The translations under genes and the position numbers were made by a program. 42,847 bases of DNA from a virus (Duplodnaviria > Heunggongvirae > Uroviricota > Caudoviricetes), in IMG/VR virus record IMGVR_UViG_3300045988_015629, one strand, 5' to 3'. The notes under the pieces were generated by a model, which ran no database searches, had not been told where the DNA came from, and was given only the letters and a program-made list of their open reading frames with translations. Positions 17,286-25,608 of this stretch are shown one piece after another (position 1 is the first letter of the stretch; the number at the start of each line of letters is the position of its first letter).

Positions 17286-17357
17286 TGATATGTGAATAGT
17301 ACCATATTAATTATTTTAGAAAAGCCCATTGACAAGTGAATAGTTCGCTATTATAGT
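17286..17357. promoter_or_regulatory. divergent promoter/operator region: plus-strand TTGACA-N17-TATAGT at 17329-17357 and two GAATAG-N4-(C/A)TATTA dyads
   Basis: Dyads at about 17294-17309 and 17338-17353. Confidence 0.55.
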
Positions 17358-17388
17358 TAGCCCATACCAAACGAGAGGAGAGAAACAA

Positions 17389-17910
17389 ATGTTAGAGAAA
17401 TTCTTGGTATTACTGGAACGTTTCGTAGTCGCCCACGAACTGATTGCTGCAAACAGTGTGAAACAACCGACTAGCAAATCTGTAGGTGAATTGACTGTTG
17501 ACGTCGCGGTAACTGGGGTAGAGACAGTTAAAAAAGAACTGGCTAAAGCACTTGAAGAAGTCGAGAAGGCGAAAGAAATCCCGGTTGAAGGTGAAGACAT
17601 CGTCGACACTAAACCAGCAGAAGAAGAGAAGCCGAAGCGCAAGCCGCGTAAGGACAAAGTAGAGGAACCAACGCCAGAGCCGGAAGAAGAGAAAGAAGAA
17701 GTCGATTACCAGTCTCTGCGCGACCAGATTCAGGCTATCGACGATGCGATTAACGAAGGCCCAAGCGATGCCGCGTGCGACGATTCTGACGAACTGCTGG
17801 AAGAGTTTACCGGTAAGAAGATGAAGATTGCAGCGATTAAAGACGAAGACCTGGCTGAGTATCTGGAGCGCCTGACAGCAATCAAGAACAAGTATTTCGA
17901 AGAAGAATAA
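17389..17910 (+). CDS. highly acidic protein (173 aa), function unknown
   Basis: E/D/K-rich low-complexity middle section, acidic C-terminal part. Confidence 0.5.
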   Translation: MLEKFLVLLERFVVAHELIAANSVKQPTSKSVGELTVDVAVTGVETVKKELAKALEEVEKAKEIPVEGEDIVDTKPAEEEKPKRKPRKDKVEEPTPEPEEEKEEVDYQSLRDQIQAIDDAINEGPSDAACDDSDELLEEFTGKKMKIAAIKDEDLAEYLERLTAIKNKYFEEE

Positions 17911-17911
17911 C

Positions 17912-17938
17912 TATCCCGCGGCCTTCGGGCCGCTTTAA
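17912..17938 (+). terminator. terminator-like hairpin after the acidic protein gene
   Basis: GCGGCC-TTCG-GGCCGC followed by TTTA. Confidence 0.4.
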
Positions 17939-17953
17939 CTGAGGGTCGGAATT

Positions 17954-18226
17954 ATGATTTACCAACTCTACCGCGCCGTAGACAGGCGGGATAGCACAGA
18001 GGCGCTATGGCTGTTACGTGCGCCGTCTGGCTCGCACCAGATGGAAGATATGGCGTACTTAGGCAAAGTGCCACGGCCTAAAGACATAGGCCGCCACGTG
18101 TCACATATTAAGCGCACGACTTTCGCCAAACCGGACTTTTACGTCTTCGAGTCGATGTATGGCTGGGCTATGCACTGCGACCATAAGACACGACATTTAA
18201 TTGACCAGTGGGAGAGCAGGGTATGA
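17954..18226 (+). CDS. hypothetical protein (90 aa)
   Basis: ORF whose stop overlaps the exonuclease start (ATGA). Confidence 0.45.
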   Translation: MIYQLYRAVDRRDSTEALWLLRAPSGSHQMEDMAYLGKVPRPKDIGRHVSHIKRTTFAKPDFYVFESMYGWAMHCDHKTRHLIDQWESRV

Positions 18227-19473
18227 TTTTAAAGGAACGCGGCGGCAATAACGATGTGCACGCCTTACTGTCGCCGTCTGGCGCTAAAAAGTGGCTGGCG
18301 TGCAGTGCATCACTGGCCTGTGAGAAAGATATTCCCAACACGTCTGGTAAAGCCGCCGTTACAGGGACTGCATGCCACACCATAGCGGAGATGCACCTTA
18401 ACCAGTACATCAAAGGCACTGCTCTGCCATTAGAGCGTGAAGTCGGCGCTTACGTGCTGGATGAAGGTAAAGGCCAGATTAAGGCGCTAATCAGCCCAAT
18501 GAAAGGCGCGGTACTGATTACGGCGGACATGATTGAGCAGGTGCGCAAGTACACCGACTACTGCAAAGCGATTATCGACGTAGCGACTTACGCCAAGCTG
18601 GAAATGCGAGTCAATCTTACTGAGGTATTGCATCCTGGGTATGAAGGTGTCGAGACGTTCGGAACGGCTGACCTCGTTGCTGTCCAGGAACTGGCGAACA
18701 CCGACGAGCACATGCTCATTATTGGCGACCTTAAAACTGGACGGCATCGTGTTGAAGCGAAAGAAAACAAGCAGCTTATGCTTTACGCTCTCGGTGTTTA
18801 TCGCCGACTCAAGAGACGTTATAACATCACAGTAGTGCGCCTGGTCATCTTCCAGCCGTACGCGGGGGGTGCGTCAGAGTGGGACATCTCGGTCGAAGGT
18901 CTGGAACTGTTCGCTAAGTTCGCACAGAAACGGGCACTGTTAGCGCTTGATGCTTATTTCCGTGGAAAGAAGAACCTGAAAGCGTCGGACTTTAAACCGT
19001 CGGTCGATGGTTGCCAGTGGTGCCGGTTCTCTGAACAGTGTGCCGCGCGTACAAAGACGGTTAATTCTGTACTGGCGGAAGAACTTGAAGACGACTTTGT
19101 GCTGGAACTGACGACGGAGCAACTCGTAGTTGAGTATGAGAAGTTGCCGCTGTTGCGCCAGCACATCGACAAGGTTGAGAAAGCGATGTCCGCCGCATTG
19201 CATTCCGGTAAGAAAGTGCCAGGGTACAAACTGGTAGAAGGCCGCCCGGGTAATCGTGCGTGGAAAGATGCCGATGCGATTGAAGTGTCACACGGCGACA
19301 TTCTCAAAAAAGAGGTATTGATGTCCCCTACGGAGGCAGCAAAAGTTCTTTCTGCGGATGAGATGGCAGCGCTTGAGCCGTTTATTACCCGTAAGCCAGG
19401 CGCACCATGTGTCGCAACGGCAGACGACAAACGTCCTGAGTGGAATCAGGTTAGTGAAGAAGATTTGGAATAA
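18223..19473 (+). CDS. PD-(D/E)XK exonuclease with C-terminal cysteine cluster (RecB/Cas4-like)
   Basis: GTADLVAV...IGDLKTG and QLMLYALG motifs plus C...CQWCRF..C; ATG at 18223 with GGAG RBS. Confidence 0.7.
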   Translation: MILKERGGNNDVHALLSPSGAKKWLACSASLACEKDIPNTSGKAAVTGTACHTIAEMHLNQYIKGTALPLEREVGAYVLDEGKGQIKALISPMKGAVLITADMIEQVRKYTDYCKAIIDVATYAKLEMRVNLTEVLHPGYEGVETFGTADLVAVQELANTDEHMLIIGDLKTGRHRVEAKENKQLMLYALGVYRRLKRRYNITVVRLVIFQPYAGGASEWDISVEGLELFAKFAQKRALLALDAYFRGKKNLKASDFKPSVDGCQWCRFSEQCAARTKTVNSVLAEELEDDFVLELTTEQLVVEYEKLPLLRQHIDKVEKAMSAALHSGKKVPGYKLVEGRPGNRAWKDADAIEVSHGDILKKEVLMSPTEAAKVLSADEMAALEPFITRKPGAPCVATADDKRPEWNQVSEEDLE

Positions 19474-19477
19474 AGTG

Positions 19478-19506
19478 TTGACACCCGAATAGTTAGCTAT
19501 TATAGT
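19478..19506 (+). promoter_or_regulatory. conserved promoter TTGACA-N17-TATAGT with embedded GAATAG-N4-CTATTA dyad
   Basis: About 25/29 identical to the 17329-17357 promoter. Confidence 0.55.
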
Positions 19507-19559
19507 TCTAATCACTGGCCGGGCAGTTCCCGGAGTAAACTGAAAAGCGAGAAATCACG

Positions 19560-20186
19560 ATGGGTATTAAACTGAATCTGCGTAAAGTAAACACTGCATG
19601 GGTTAACGTATTCGAACGCGAAAAAGACCGTGAAAACGATGATGGCTCAATCACTAAAGGCCAGTACAGCGCGACTATCATCCTGCCGTCTGACCACGCA
19701 CAAATCGACGCGCTCTACGACACCGTTTACGCTGTGGTTGAAGATGCGTTGGGCGCAGCTGCCGCTGAGAAGTGGATGAAGTCCAACTACGGCGAAGGTA
19801 AGCACATGGATAAATGTGCGATTAAAGACATTGCCGAGCGCGACAATCCGTTTGAAGACTTCCCGGAAGGCTTCTACTTCAAGGCGAAGGCACAGAAACA
19901 GCCACTGATTGTAACCTCTAAAAAAGGCGAGACTCAGGTAGAACAGGACTTCAATGTAGACGGCGAACAGATTGAAGGTGAACAGGTTTACAGCGGCTGC
20001 GTCGCTAACGTAAGCGTTGAAATCTGGTTCAGCCAGAAATACAAAGTCCTCGGCGTTAACCTGCTGGCTATTAAATACGTTGGTGAAGGTAAAGCGTTTG
20101 GCGGTTCTAAAGTAGCCGCAAGCGTCGATGACCTTGAAGACGATGAAGAGGATGAAGCACCGCGCCGCGAACGTCGTCGCCGTTAA
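19560..20186 (+). CDS. putative single-stranded DNA-binding protein
   Basis: 208 aa with an acidic C-terminal tail (DDLEDDEEDE) between the exonuclease and polymerase genes; call from context, not motif. Confidence 0.4.
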   Translation: MGIKLNLRKVNTAWVNVFEREKDRENDDGSITKGQYSATIILPSDHAQIDALYDTVYAVVEDALGAAAAEKWMKSNYGEGKHMDKCAIKDIAERDNPFEDFPEGFYFKAKAQKQPLIVTSKKGETQVEQDFNVDGEQIEGEQVYSGCVANVSVEIWFSQKYKVLGVNLLAIKYVGEGKAFGGSKVAASVDDLEDDEEDEAPRRERRRR

Positions 20187-20203
20187 TATCTGAATCAATT
20201 TAA

Positions 20204-20232
20204 CTAAGGCCCTTCATTGGGCCTTTTTACTA
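20204..20232 (+). terminator. rho-independent terminator
   Basis: AAGGCCC-TTCATT-GGGCCTT followed by TTTT. Confidence 0.6.
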
Positions 20233-20245
20233 AGGGTCGAAAATA

Positions 20246-22426
20246 ATGAGTTACCTGTTCTTAGACTTTGAAACATTCTCCGAAGCCGATTTGAAGAAAG
20301 TTGGTTCCTACGCTTACGCTGAGCATCCAACTACCGAAGTCCTTATTTGTACATATGCTTTTGACGACGAGCCTGTGCGGGTATGGGATTGCACAGACGG
20401 CAGCGACATGCCGGGGGATTTGCACCGCGCGTTACGCCGTCTGGTGAAACCAAATAGTCGCATTAAGATGGTATGGCACAACGGCTCAATGTTCGACAGG
20501 CTCATCATGAAACACTGCTGGGGCTTTGATATTCCCGTAAGCAACACCATTGATACGATGATTTGGGCGTTTCGTCACGCGCTGCCGGGCTCACTTGATG
20601 CGCTGTGTGAAGTGCTTGGCGTGTCTGCTGACAATGCAAAAGATAAACGCGGCAAGGCGCTGATTCAGCGTTTCTCTAAACCGACACCGAAGAATTACAA
20701 AATCCGCCGCTACACCGCAGAAACACACCCGGACGAGTGGGCGCTGTTCATCAAGTACGCCGTGAGCGACATCACTGCGATGCGTGAAGTCTTCCATAAG
20801 CTGCCGCGTTGGGGTAACTCTGAGTTCGAAGACCGTGTACTGGAACTGGACCAGTTAATCAACGACCGCGGGTTTAAGGTTGACGTTGCACTGGCGGAAG
20901 CCGCTATTGAAGCCGTGGAGAAACACAAAGCGCAGTTACAGGAGGAAGCCCAACGCAAATACGGCGGCTCGCTTACTGGTAAGGACTTTCTGCCGATTCT
21001 TCGTGAACTCGCCCCTGCACACCGCATACACAACGCACAGAAGTCGACGCTTAACGACCTGCTGGCGGACGATGATTTACCGGACGACGCACGCACAATT
21101 ATCGAAATGCGCCTCGGGGCCGCGTCCACCGCGTCAACGAAATATAACCCGCTGCTGTTGGGCCGCTCGTCTGACGACCGACGCCGTGGTTGCATACAAT
21201 ATGGTGGAGCTAAGCGTACGTTACGGTTTGCAGGTAAAGGCTTCCAGCCGCAGAACCTCGCGCGCGGGTACTATCACGATGATGAACTGGATAAAGGAAT
21301 TTCTGCGTTACTTAAGGGCCGCGCTCATCGTCGATTTGACGTAGCCAAGCTAACGGCATCTACCGTTCGTAGCTGCATCATACCGGAAACTGGACATAAG
21401 TTTGTCGTTGCCGATTACTCTAACGTCGAAGGCCGCGGGCTTGCGTGGCTGGCGGGGGAAGAAACCGCGCTAGATACGTTCCGTGCCGGACTGGATATTT
21501 ACTGCGTAACCGCGGGTAAGATGTTCGGTATGGAGCCGGATTACATTAAGAAAGAACGTAAAGATTTGCGCCAGATTGGTAAGGCCTGCGAACTTGGGCT
21601 TGGCTATGCGGGCGGTGTCGGCGCATTCGTACAGTTCGCCAAGAACCTTGGCCTTGACCTGGTTGATATGGCAAAAACAATGGATGGGACTTTCCCCGAC
21701 CACATCTGGGCCGCTACCGCACGTGGATATGAGTGGGCGCGTATTCAGGAAACCAAGCGACCACCACGTCCAGGTGAAAAGGATGACCGACCATCATATA
21801 TTCTTGATAAGAAAGTGTGGCGTACCTGTGACGCTATCAAGCGCATGTGGCGCGAGTCTCACCCGGAAACAGTAGCTTTCTGGCGAGATATTGAAGATGC
21901 AGCTATGGCGGCTATCCGCAACCCAGGTAAAGAGTTCACCGCAGGGCCGCGGGGCGTTAAGTTTTCGCGTAACGTAGAAACGGACAACAACGGCAACAAA
22001 GTCGCCGGTTGGTGGTTGCGGATGACGTTGCCGTCGGGCCGCGTTATGTCTTATCCGGGTGTTGGGCTAAGCGTGTCGAAAGAGACAGACGAAGACGGGA
22101 AGGTGTCTACCAACGTGCGCATCAAGTACCAGGGCGAAAACCAGTTAACCCGTCAGTGGGGCTTCCAGTACACCTACTCTGGTAAACTGGTGGAAAACTG
22201 CACTCAGGCGCTGTGCCGTGATTTGTTGGCTAATGCACTGCTGAACGTCGAAGCAAACGGCTACCCGATTGTTCTTCACGTACACGATGAGATTATCTGC
22301 GAGACACCAGATTTACCGGAATACAATGTAGATGAACTGGAGAAATTAATGTGTGCGTTGCCTGAGTGGGCAGAAGGCTTCCCTCTTGTAGCAGAAGGTG
22401 CGGAGATGAAGCGTTATGCCAAGTAA
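20246..22426 (+). CDS. DNA polymerase, family A, with 3'-5' exonuclease domain
   Basis: Exo motif FLDFETFS, motif A DYSNVEGRG, motif B RQIGKACELGLGYAGG, motif C VHDEI. Confidence 0.9.
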   Translation: MSYLFLDFETFSEADLKKVGSYAYAEHPTTEVLICTYAFDDEPVRVWDCTDGSDMPGDLHRALRRLVKPNSRIKMVWHNGSMFDRLIMKHCWGFDIPVSNTIDTMIWAFRHALPGSLDALCEVLGVSADNAKDKRGKALIQRFSKPTPKNYKIRRYTAETHPDEWALFIKYAVSDITAMREVFHKLPRWGNSEFEDRVLELDQLINDRGFKVDVALAEAAIEAVEKHKAQLQEEAQRKYGGSLTGKDFLPILRELAPAHRIHNAQKSTLNDLLADDDLPDDARTIIEMRLGAASTASTKYNPLLLGRSSDDRRRGCIQYGGAKRTLRFAGKGFQPQNLARGYYHDDELDKGISALLKGRAHRRFDVAKLTASTVRSCIIPETGHKFVVADYSNVEGRGLAWLAGEETALDTFRAGLDIYCVTAGKMFGMEPDYIKKERKDLRQIGKACELGLGYAGGVGAFVQFAKNLGLDLVDMAKTMDGTFPDHIWAATARGYEWARIQETKRPPRPGEKDDRPSYILDKKVWRTCDAIKRMWRESHPETVAFWRDIEDAAMAAIRNPGKEFTAGPRGVKFSRNVETDNNGNKVAGWWLRMTLPSGRVMSYPGVGLSVSKETDEDGKVSTNVRIKYQGENQLTRQWGFQYTYSGKLVENCTQALCRDLLANALLNVEANGYPIVLHVHDEIICETPDLPEYNVDELEKLMCALPEWAEGFPLVAEGAEMKRYAK

Positions 22427-22628
22427 ACTGATTATCGCGGTACTGGCTGGATTCGCCGCCGGTGTTTACTGTCATGAGGGTCAGTACGGCATGATGGTTG
22501 CCGTATTGGGTATATTCATCGCAATTTATCTGTGGGTGCTGGAATGAAAATTTACTGGTTATATGAAGAAGACTGTCGAATCTGCCCTCGCTGCGGTATC
22601 GCGCATACGAAACGGGAGGGGTGTATAG

Positions 22629-22916
22629 ATGAGTACGCCTGAGGGGCGCGTGCAGAAATACGCAAAAGAGCGATTCGAGGCCCTGGGAGGCCTCGTACGC
22701 AAATTGTCGTACGAAAATAGAGCGGGCGCCCCCGACCTGCTGGTAATTCTCCCTGGTGGCATCATCTGGTTCGTCGAGGTTAAGAAAGACGAAAACACGA
22801 AGCCGGACCCGCACCAGTTACGAGAGCACGAGCGGATGCGTAAACGTGGTGCAAATGTTTTTGTCGTTGGTTCGTTTAAACAGGTTGACGACCTAATAGC
22901 GGGCTATTATAGTTAA
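22629..22916 (+). CDS. VRR-NUC domain nuclease
   Basis: PDLLVIL...WFVEVKKD PD-(D/E)XK arrangement typical of VRR-NUC; 95 aa. Confidence 0.65.
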   Translation: MSTPEGRVQKYAKERFEALGGLVRKLSYENRAGAPDLLVILPGGIIWFVEVKKDENTKPDPHQLREHERMRKRGANVFVVGSFKQVDDLIAGYYS

Positions 22917-22946
22917 TCACACACCAACAATATAAGGAATTGAGAA

Positions 22947-23138
22947 ATGAAACACGAATACGACCGCAAACCAGCACGTGACATCGTACCGGGTGACATG
23001 ATTTTCAACGTTAAGACACGTCAACCTGTTGCCGTTGATACGGTGTTCGTCGAGTCGAACGGTAAACTGGTTATCGAAGATGTAACGGGTAACGTTACGG
23101 CGTTCGGGCGTAAAGAGCTGGTGCTGGTGGCGAAATGA
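22947..23138 (+). CDS. hypothetical protein (63 aa)
   Basis: ORF with AAGGAA RBS. Confidence 0.4.
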   Translation: MKHEYDRKPARDIVPGDMIFNVKTRQPVAVDTVFVESNGKLVIEDVTGNVTAFGRKELVLVAK

Positions 23139-23959
23139 ACTATTACAACGAATGGGATAAAGGCGCAGCCGCGTGGCTGCGTGAATTAATAAAACATGGT
23201 CACATACCTTTTGGAGTTGTAGATGAAAGAAGCATTACCGAAGTTAAGCCAGAAGACCTTGACGGGTTCACCCAGTGTCATTTTTTCGCTGGTATCGGCG
23301 GCTGGCCTCTCGCGCTCAGACTTGCGGGAGTTTCGGAGGATACGCCTCTCTGGACGGGAAGCCCGCCTTGCCAACCGTTTAGCACGGCAGGAAAACAACT
23401 CGGACAGTTCGACCCGAGACACCTCGCGCCGGTCTTCCTCGACATCATCAGCGAGTGCCGCCCTCCAGTCATCTTTGGGGAGCAGGTTGCGGCAGCAATT
23501 GCAAAATCGTGGATGTGCGATTTACAAGCTCACCTGGAAGGAGAAGACTACGCCGTCGGGTTTGCTGTTCTCCCAGCTTGTAGCGTCGGCGCACCGCACA
23601 AAAGAGAACGACTCTTCTTTGGCGCGCACGAACTGGCCTACACCGACAGCGAACGACTTCAGAGGGAGCGGAGAGACAGTGATTCGCACGGACGGGAGGG
23701 ACAGAACATTCGACAGGCTGGACTACTCAACAGAGCAGGGATTGAAAGCGAGTCAACCAACCCGCACCACGGCTTCTGGTCAGATGCTGACTGGCTCGGA
23801 TGCCGTGATGGAAAGTTCCGGCCGGTTGAACCCGGCGCATTCCCGCTGGCTAATGGGATACCCGCAAGAGTGGGACGATTGCGCGGTTACGGCAATGCCA
23901 TCGTCCCGCAAGTAGCCGCTGAATTTATAAAGGCATTCATGGGGGCGGTAAATGAGTAA
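23135..23959 (+). CDS. DNA (cytosine-5)-methyltransferase, compact (274 aa)
   Basis: Motif I FFAGIGG, motif [10 protein letters not shown] (catalytic Cys), ENV-like FGEQV, motif [12 protein letters not shown], motif X-like GYGNAIVP. Confidence 0.8.
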   Translation: MNYYNEWDKGAAAWLRELIKHGHIPFGVVDERSITEVKPEDLDGFTQCHFFAGIGGWPLALRLAGVSEDTPLWTGSPPCQPFSTAGKQLGQFDPRHLAPVFLDIISECRPPVIFGEQVAAAIAKSWMCDLQAHLEGEDYAVGFAVLPACSVGAPHKRERLFFGAHELAYTDSERLQRERRDSDSHGREGQNIRQAGLLNRAGIESESTNPHHGFWSDADWLGCRDGKFRPVEPGAFPLANGIPARVGRLRGYGNAIVPQVAAEFIKAFMGAVNE

Positions 23960-25376
23960 GTTTCAAAGGCGCGAATACCAGAAGCTCATGACTTCGTTCA
24001 TGCTGCGGCACCATCGCTGTAATATTTGGGCGAGTATGGGTGCCGGGAAGACTGGCAGCGTACTGTGGGTCTTAAACCGACTGTTCCGCAACGGCCAACT
24101 TAATGATGGCGACCGGGTGTTAATTCTGGCTCCTTTACGTGTTGCGTCCGGCACATGGCCGGCAGAGCAAGAGAAATGGAATTTCCCATGTCTGCGTGTC
24201 GTAGACGCGACAGGTTCAGAGAAGCGCCGCATCGCGGCGCTGGAGTCAGATGCTAACGTGGTGTGCACGAACTACGAAGTTATCGAGTGGCTGATCGACT
24301 ACTACGGCAAAGATGACTGGCCTTTTACGGTTATCGTTGCCGATGAGAGCACGAAGCTGAAATCATTCCGCAGCCGTTCAGGTGGTAGCAAGCGGGCAAA
24401 GGCGCTCAGTAAGGTGGCGTTTGGAAAGGTTAAGCGTTTTATAAACCTTACCGGCACGCCCTCACCAAACGGCCTCAAGGACTTGTGGGGTCAGAACTGG
24501 TTTATCGACGCTGGCGAACGCCTAGGTTCTTCGTACACGGCATTCACCGACCGCTGGTTTAACTCGGTACAGAAAGGAAAGTCGGCGATGGCGCGCGAAT
24601 ACCACGCCCGTCCTGGCGCGGATAATGAAATTCACCAGAAGATGAAGGACATCAGCCTCACTATTGACGCCGCTGAGTGGTTCGGGTGTGAAGCGCCGAT
24701 TATTGTTACGGTTGAAATCGACCTGCCGAAGAAAGCACGTCAGGCGTACATCGATATGGAGGAGAAGTTATTCGCGGAACTTGAGAGCGGGGAAGTGGAA
24801 GCTGCTAACGCTGCGGCGAAGACGTCGAAGTGCTTGCAAATTGCGTCCGGTGCCGTATATGTATCGGGGCCAGACGGCGAAGCAACCAAAGACTGGGAGA
24901 AAGTACACGACACGAAACTGGACGCGCTGGAGTCCATTGCCGAGGAGTTGCAGGGTGCGCCGTTACTAGTCGCCTATCAGTTCAAGCACGAACTGGAGCG
25001 CATCCTCAAGCGCTTCCCGCAGGCGCAGGCTTTTGCAAAAGGCGCGAAGGGCAATAAGCAGATGGAAGCGTGGAACCGTGGCGAAATCGAAATCCTATGC
25101 GTGCACCCCGCGTCAGCCGGCCATGGTTTGAATTTACAGGACGGCGGACATCATCTGGCGTTCATCTCGCAAGGCTGGAACCTTGAACACTATTTGCAGG
25201 TTGTCGAGCGTATAGGCCCTGTCCGCCAGAAACAGGCAGGTCATGAGCGCCCGGTGTTCCTCTATCACATCGTTGCAAAAGACACGCTGGACGAGGTTGT
25301 TGCCGCGCGTACTGACGAGAAGAAATCCGTCCAGGAAGAGTTGCTTAACTACATGAAGAGACGAGGTAAGAAATGA
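23952..25376 (+). CDS. SNF2-family DNA helicase
   Basis: N-terminal GAGKTG, DExx-like VIVADEST, LTGTPSPNGLKDLW and a C-terminal helicase domain. Confidence 0.8.
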   Translation: MSKFQRREYQKLMTSFMLRHHRCNIWASMGAGKTGSVLWVLNRLFRNGQLNDGDRVLILAPLRVASGTWPAEQEKWNFPCLRVVDATGSEKRRIAALESDANVVCTNYEVIEWLIDYYGKDDWPFTVIVADESTKLKSFRSRSGGSKRAKALSKVAFGKVKRFINLTGTPSPNGLKDLWGQNWFIDAGERLGSSYTAFTDRWFNSVQKGKSAMAREYHARPGADNEIHQKMKDISLTIDAAEWFGCEAPIIVTVEIDLPKKARQAYIDMEEKLFAELESGEVEAANAAAKTSKCLQIASGAVYVSGPDGEATKDWEKVHDTKLDALESIAEELQGAPLLVAYQFKHELERILKRFPQAQAFAKGAKGNKQMEAWNRGEIEILCVHPASAGHGLNLQDGGHHLAFISQGWNLEHYLQVVERIGPVRQKQAGHERPVFLYHIVAKDTLDEVVAARTDEKKSVQEELLNYMKRRGKK

Positions 25377-25576
25377 ATAATGAGTTTGATATTGACGCCT
25401 GCAACGAATTGGTAAAATCTGCTCTTAATGCCCGCGAGCAACTTCTTGCTATGCAGTTAAAGCGAGAAATAAAACGTATCAAGGAACTTGAAGAGGAGGT
25501 TCTACGACTACGGCAGCAAAGAGACGCCGCTAACGCACAACTGGCGTTTGTACTGGAGAAGCTATCAGAAGAGTAG
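25373..25576 (+). CDS. hypothetical protein with predicted coiled coil (67 aa)
   Basis: Last gene of the rightward operon. Confidence 0.4.
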   Translation: MNNEFDIDACNELVKSALNAREQLLAMQLKREIKRIKELEEEVLRLRQQRDAANAQLAFVLEKLSEE

Positions 25577-25608
25577 AGAAAAGGCCCCGTTTGGGGCCTT
25601 AGTTTTAT
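25576..25608. terminator. bidirectional rho-independent terminator at the replication/tailspike convergence
   Basis: GGCCCCGTTTGGGGCC hairpin flanked by AGAAAA and TTAGTTTTA. Confidence 0.75.

Noticed and set aside
22414-22649. Two tiny ORFs (43-aa hydrophobic peptide and 32-aa Cys-containing peptide) between the polymerase and VRR-NUC genes
   Set aside because: Each is under 45 codons with weak or absent RBS and they overlap neighbouring genes; insufficient support to call them, though real micro-proteins cannot be excluded.
23223-23915. 230-aa ORF in an alternative frame embedded in the methyltransferase gene
   Set aside because: Lies entirely within a gene with clear catalytic motifs; the product is S/R-rich low-complexity sequence with no RBS, so it is most likely a frame artefact.
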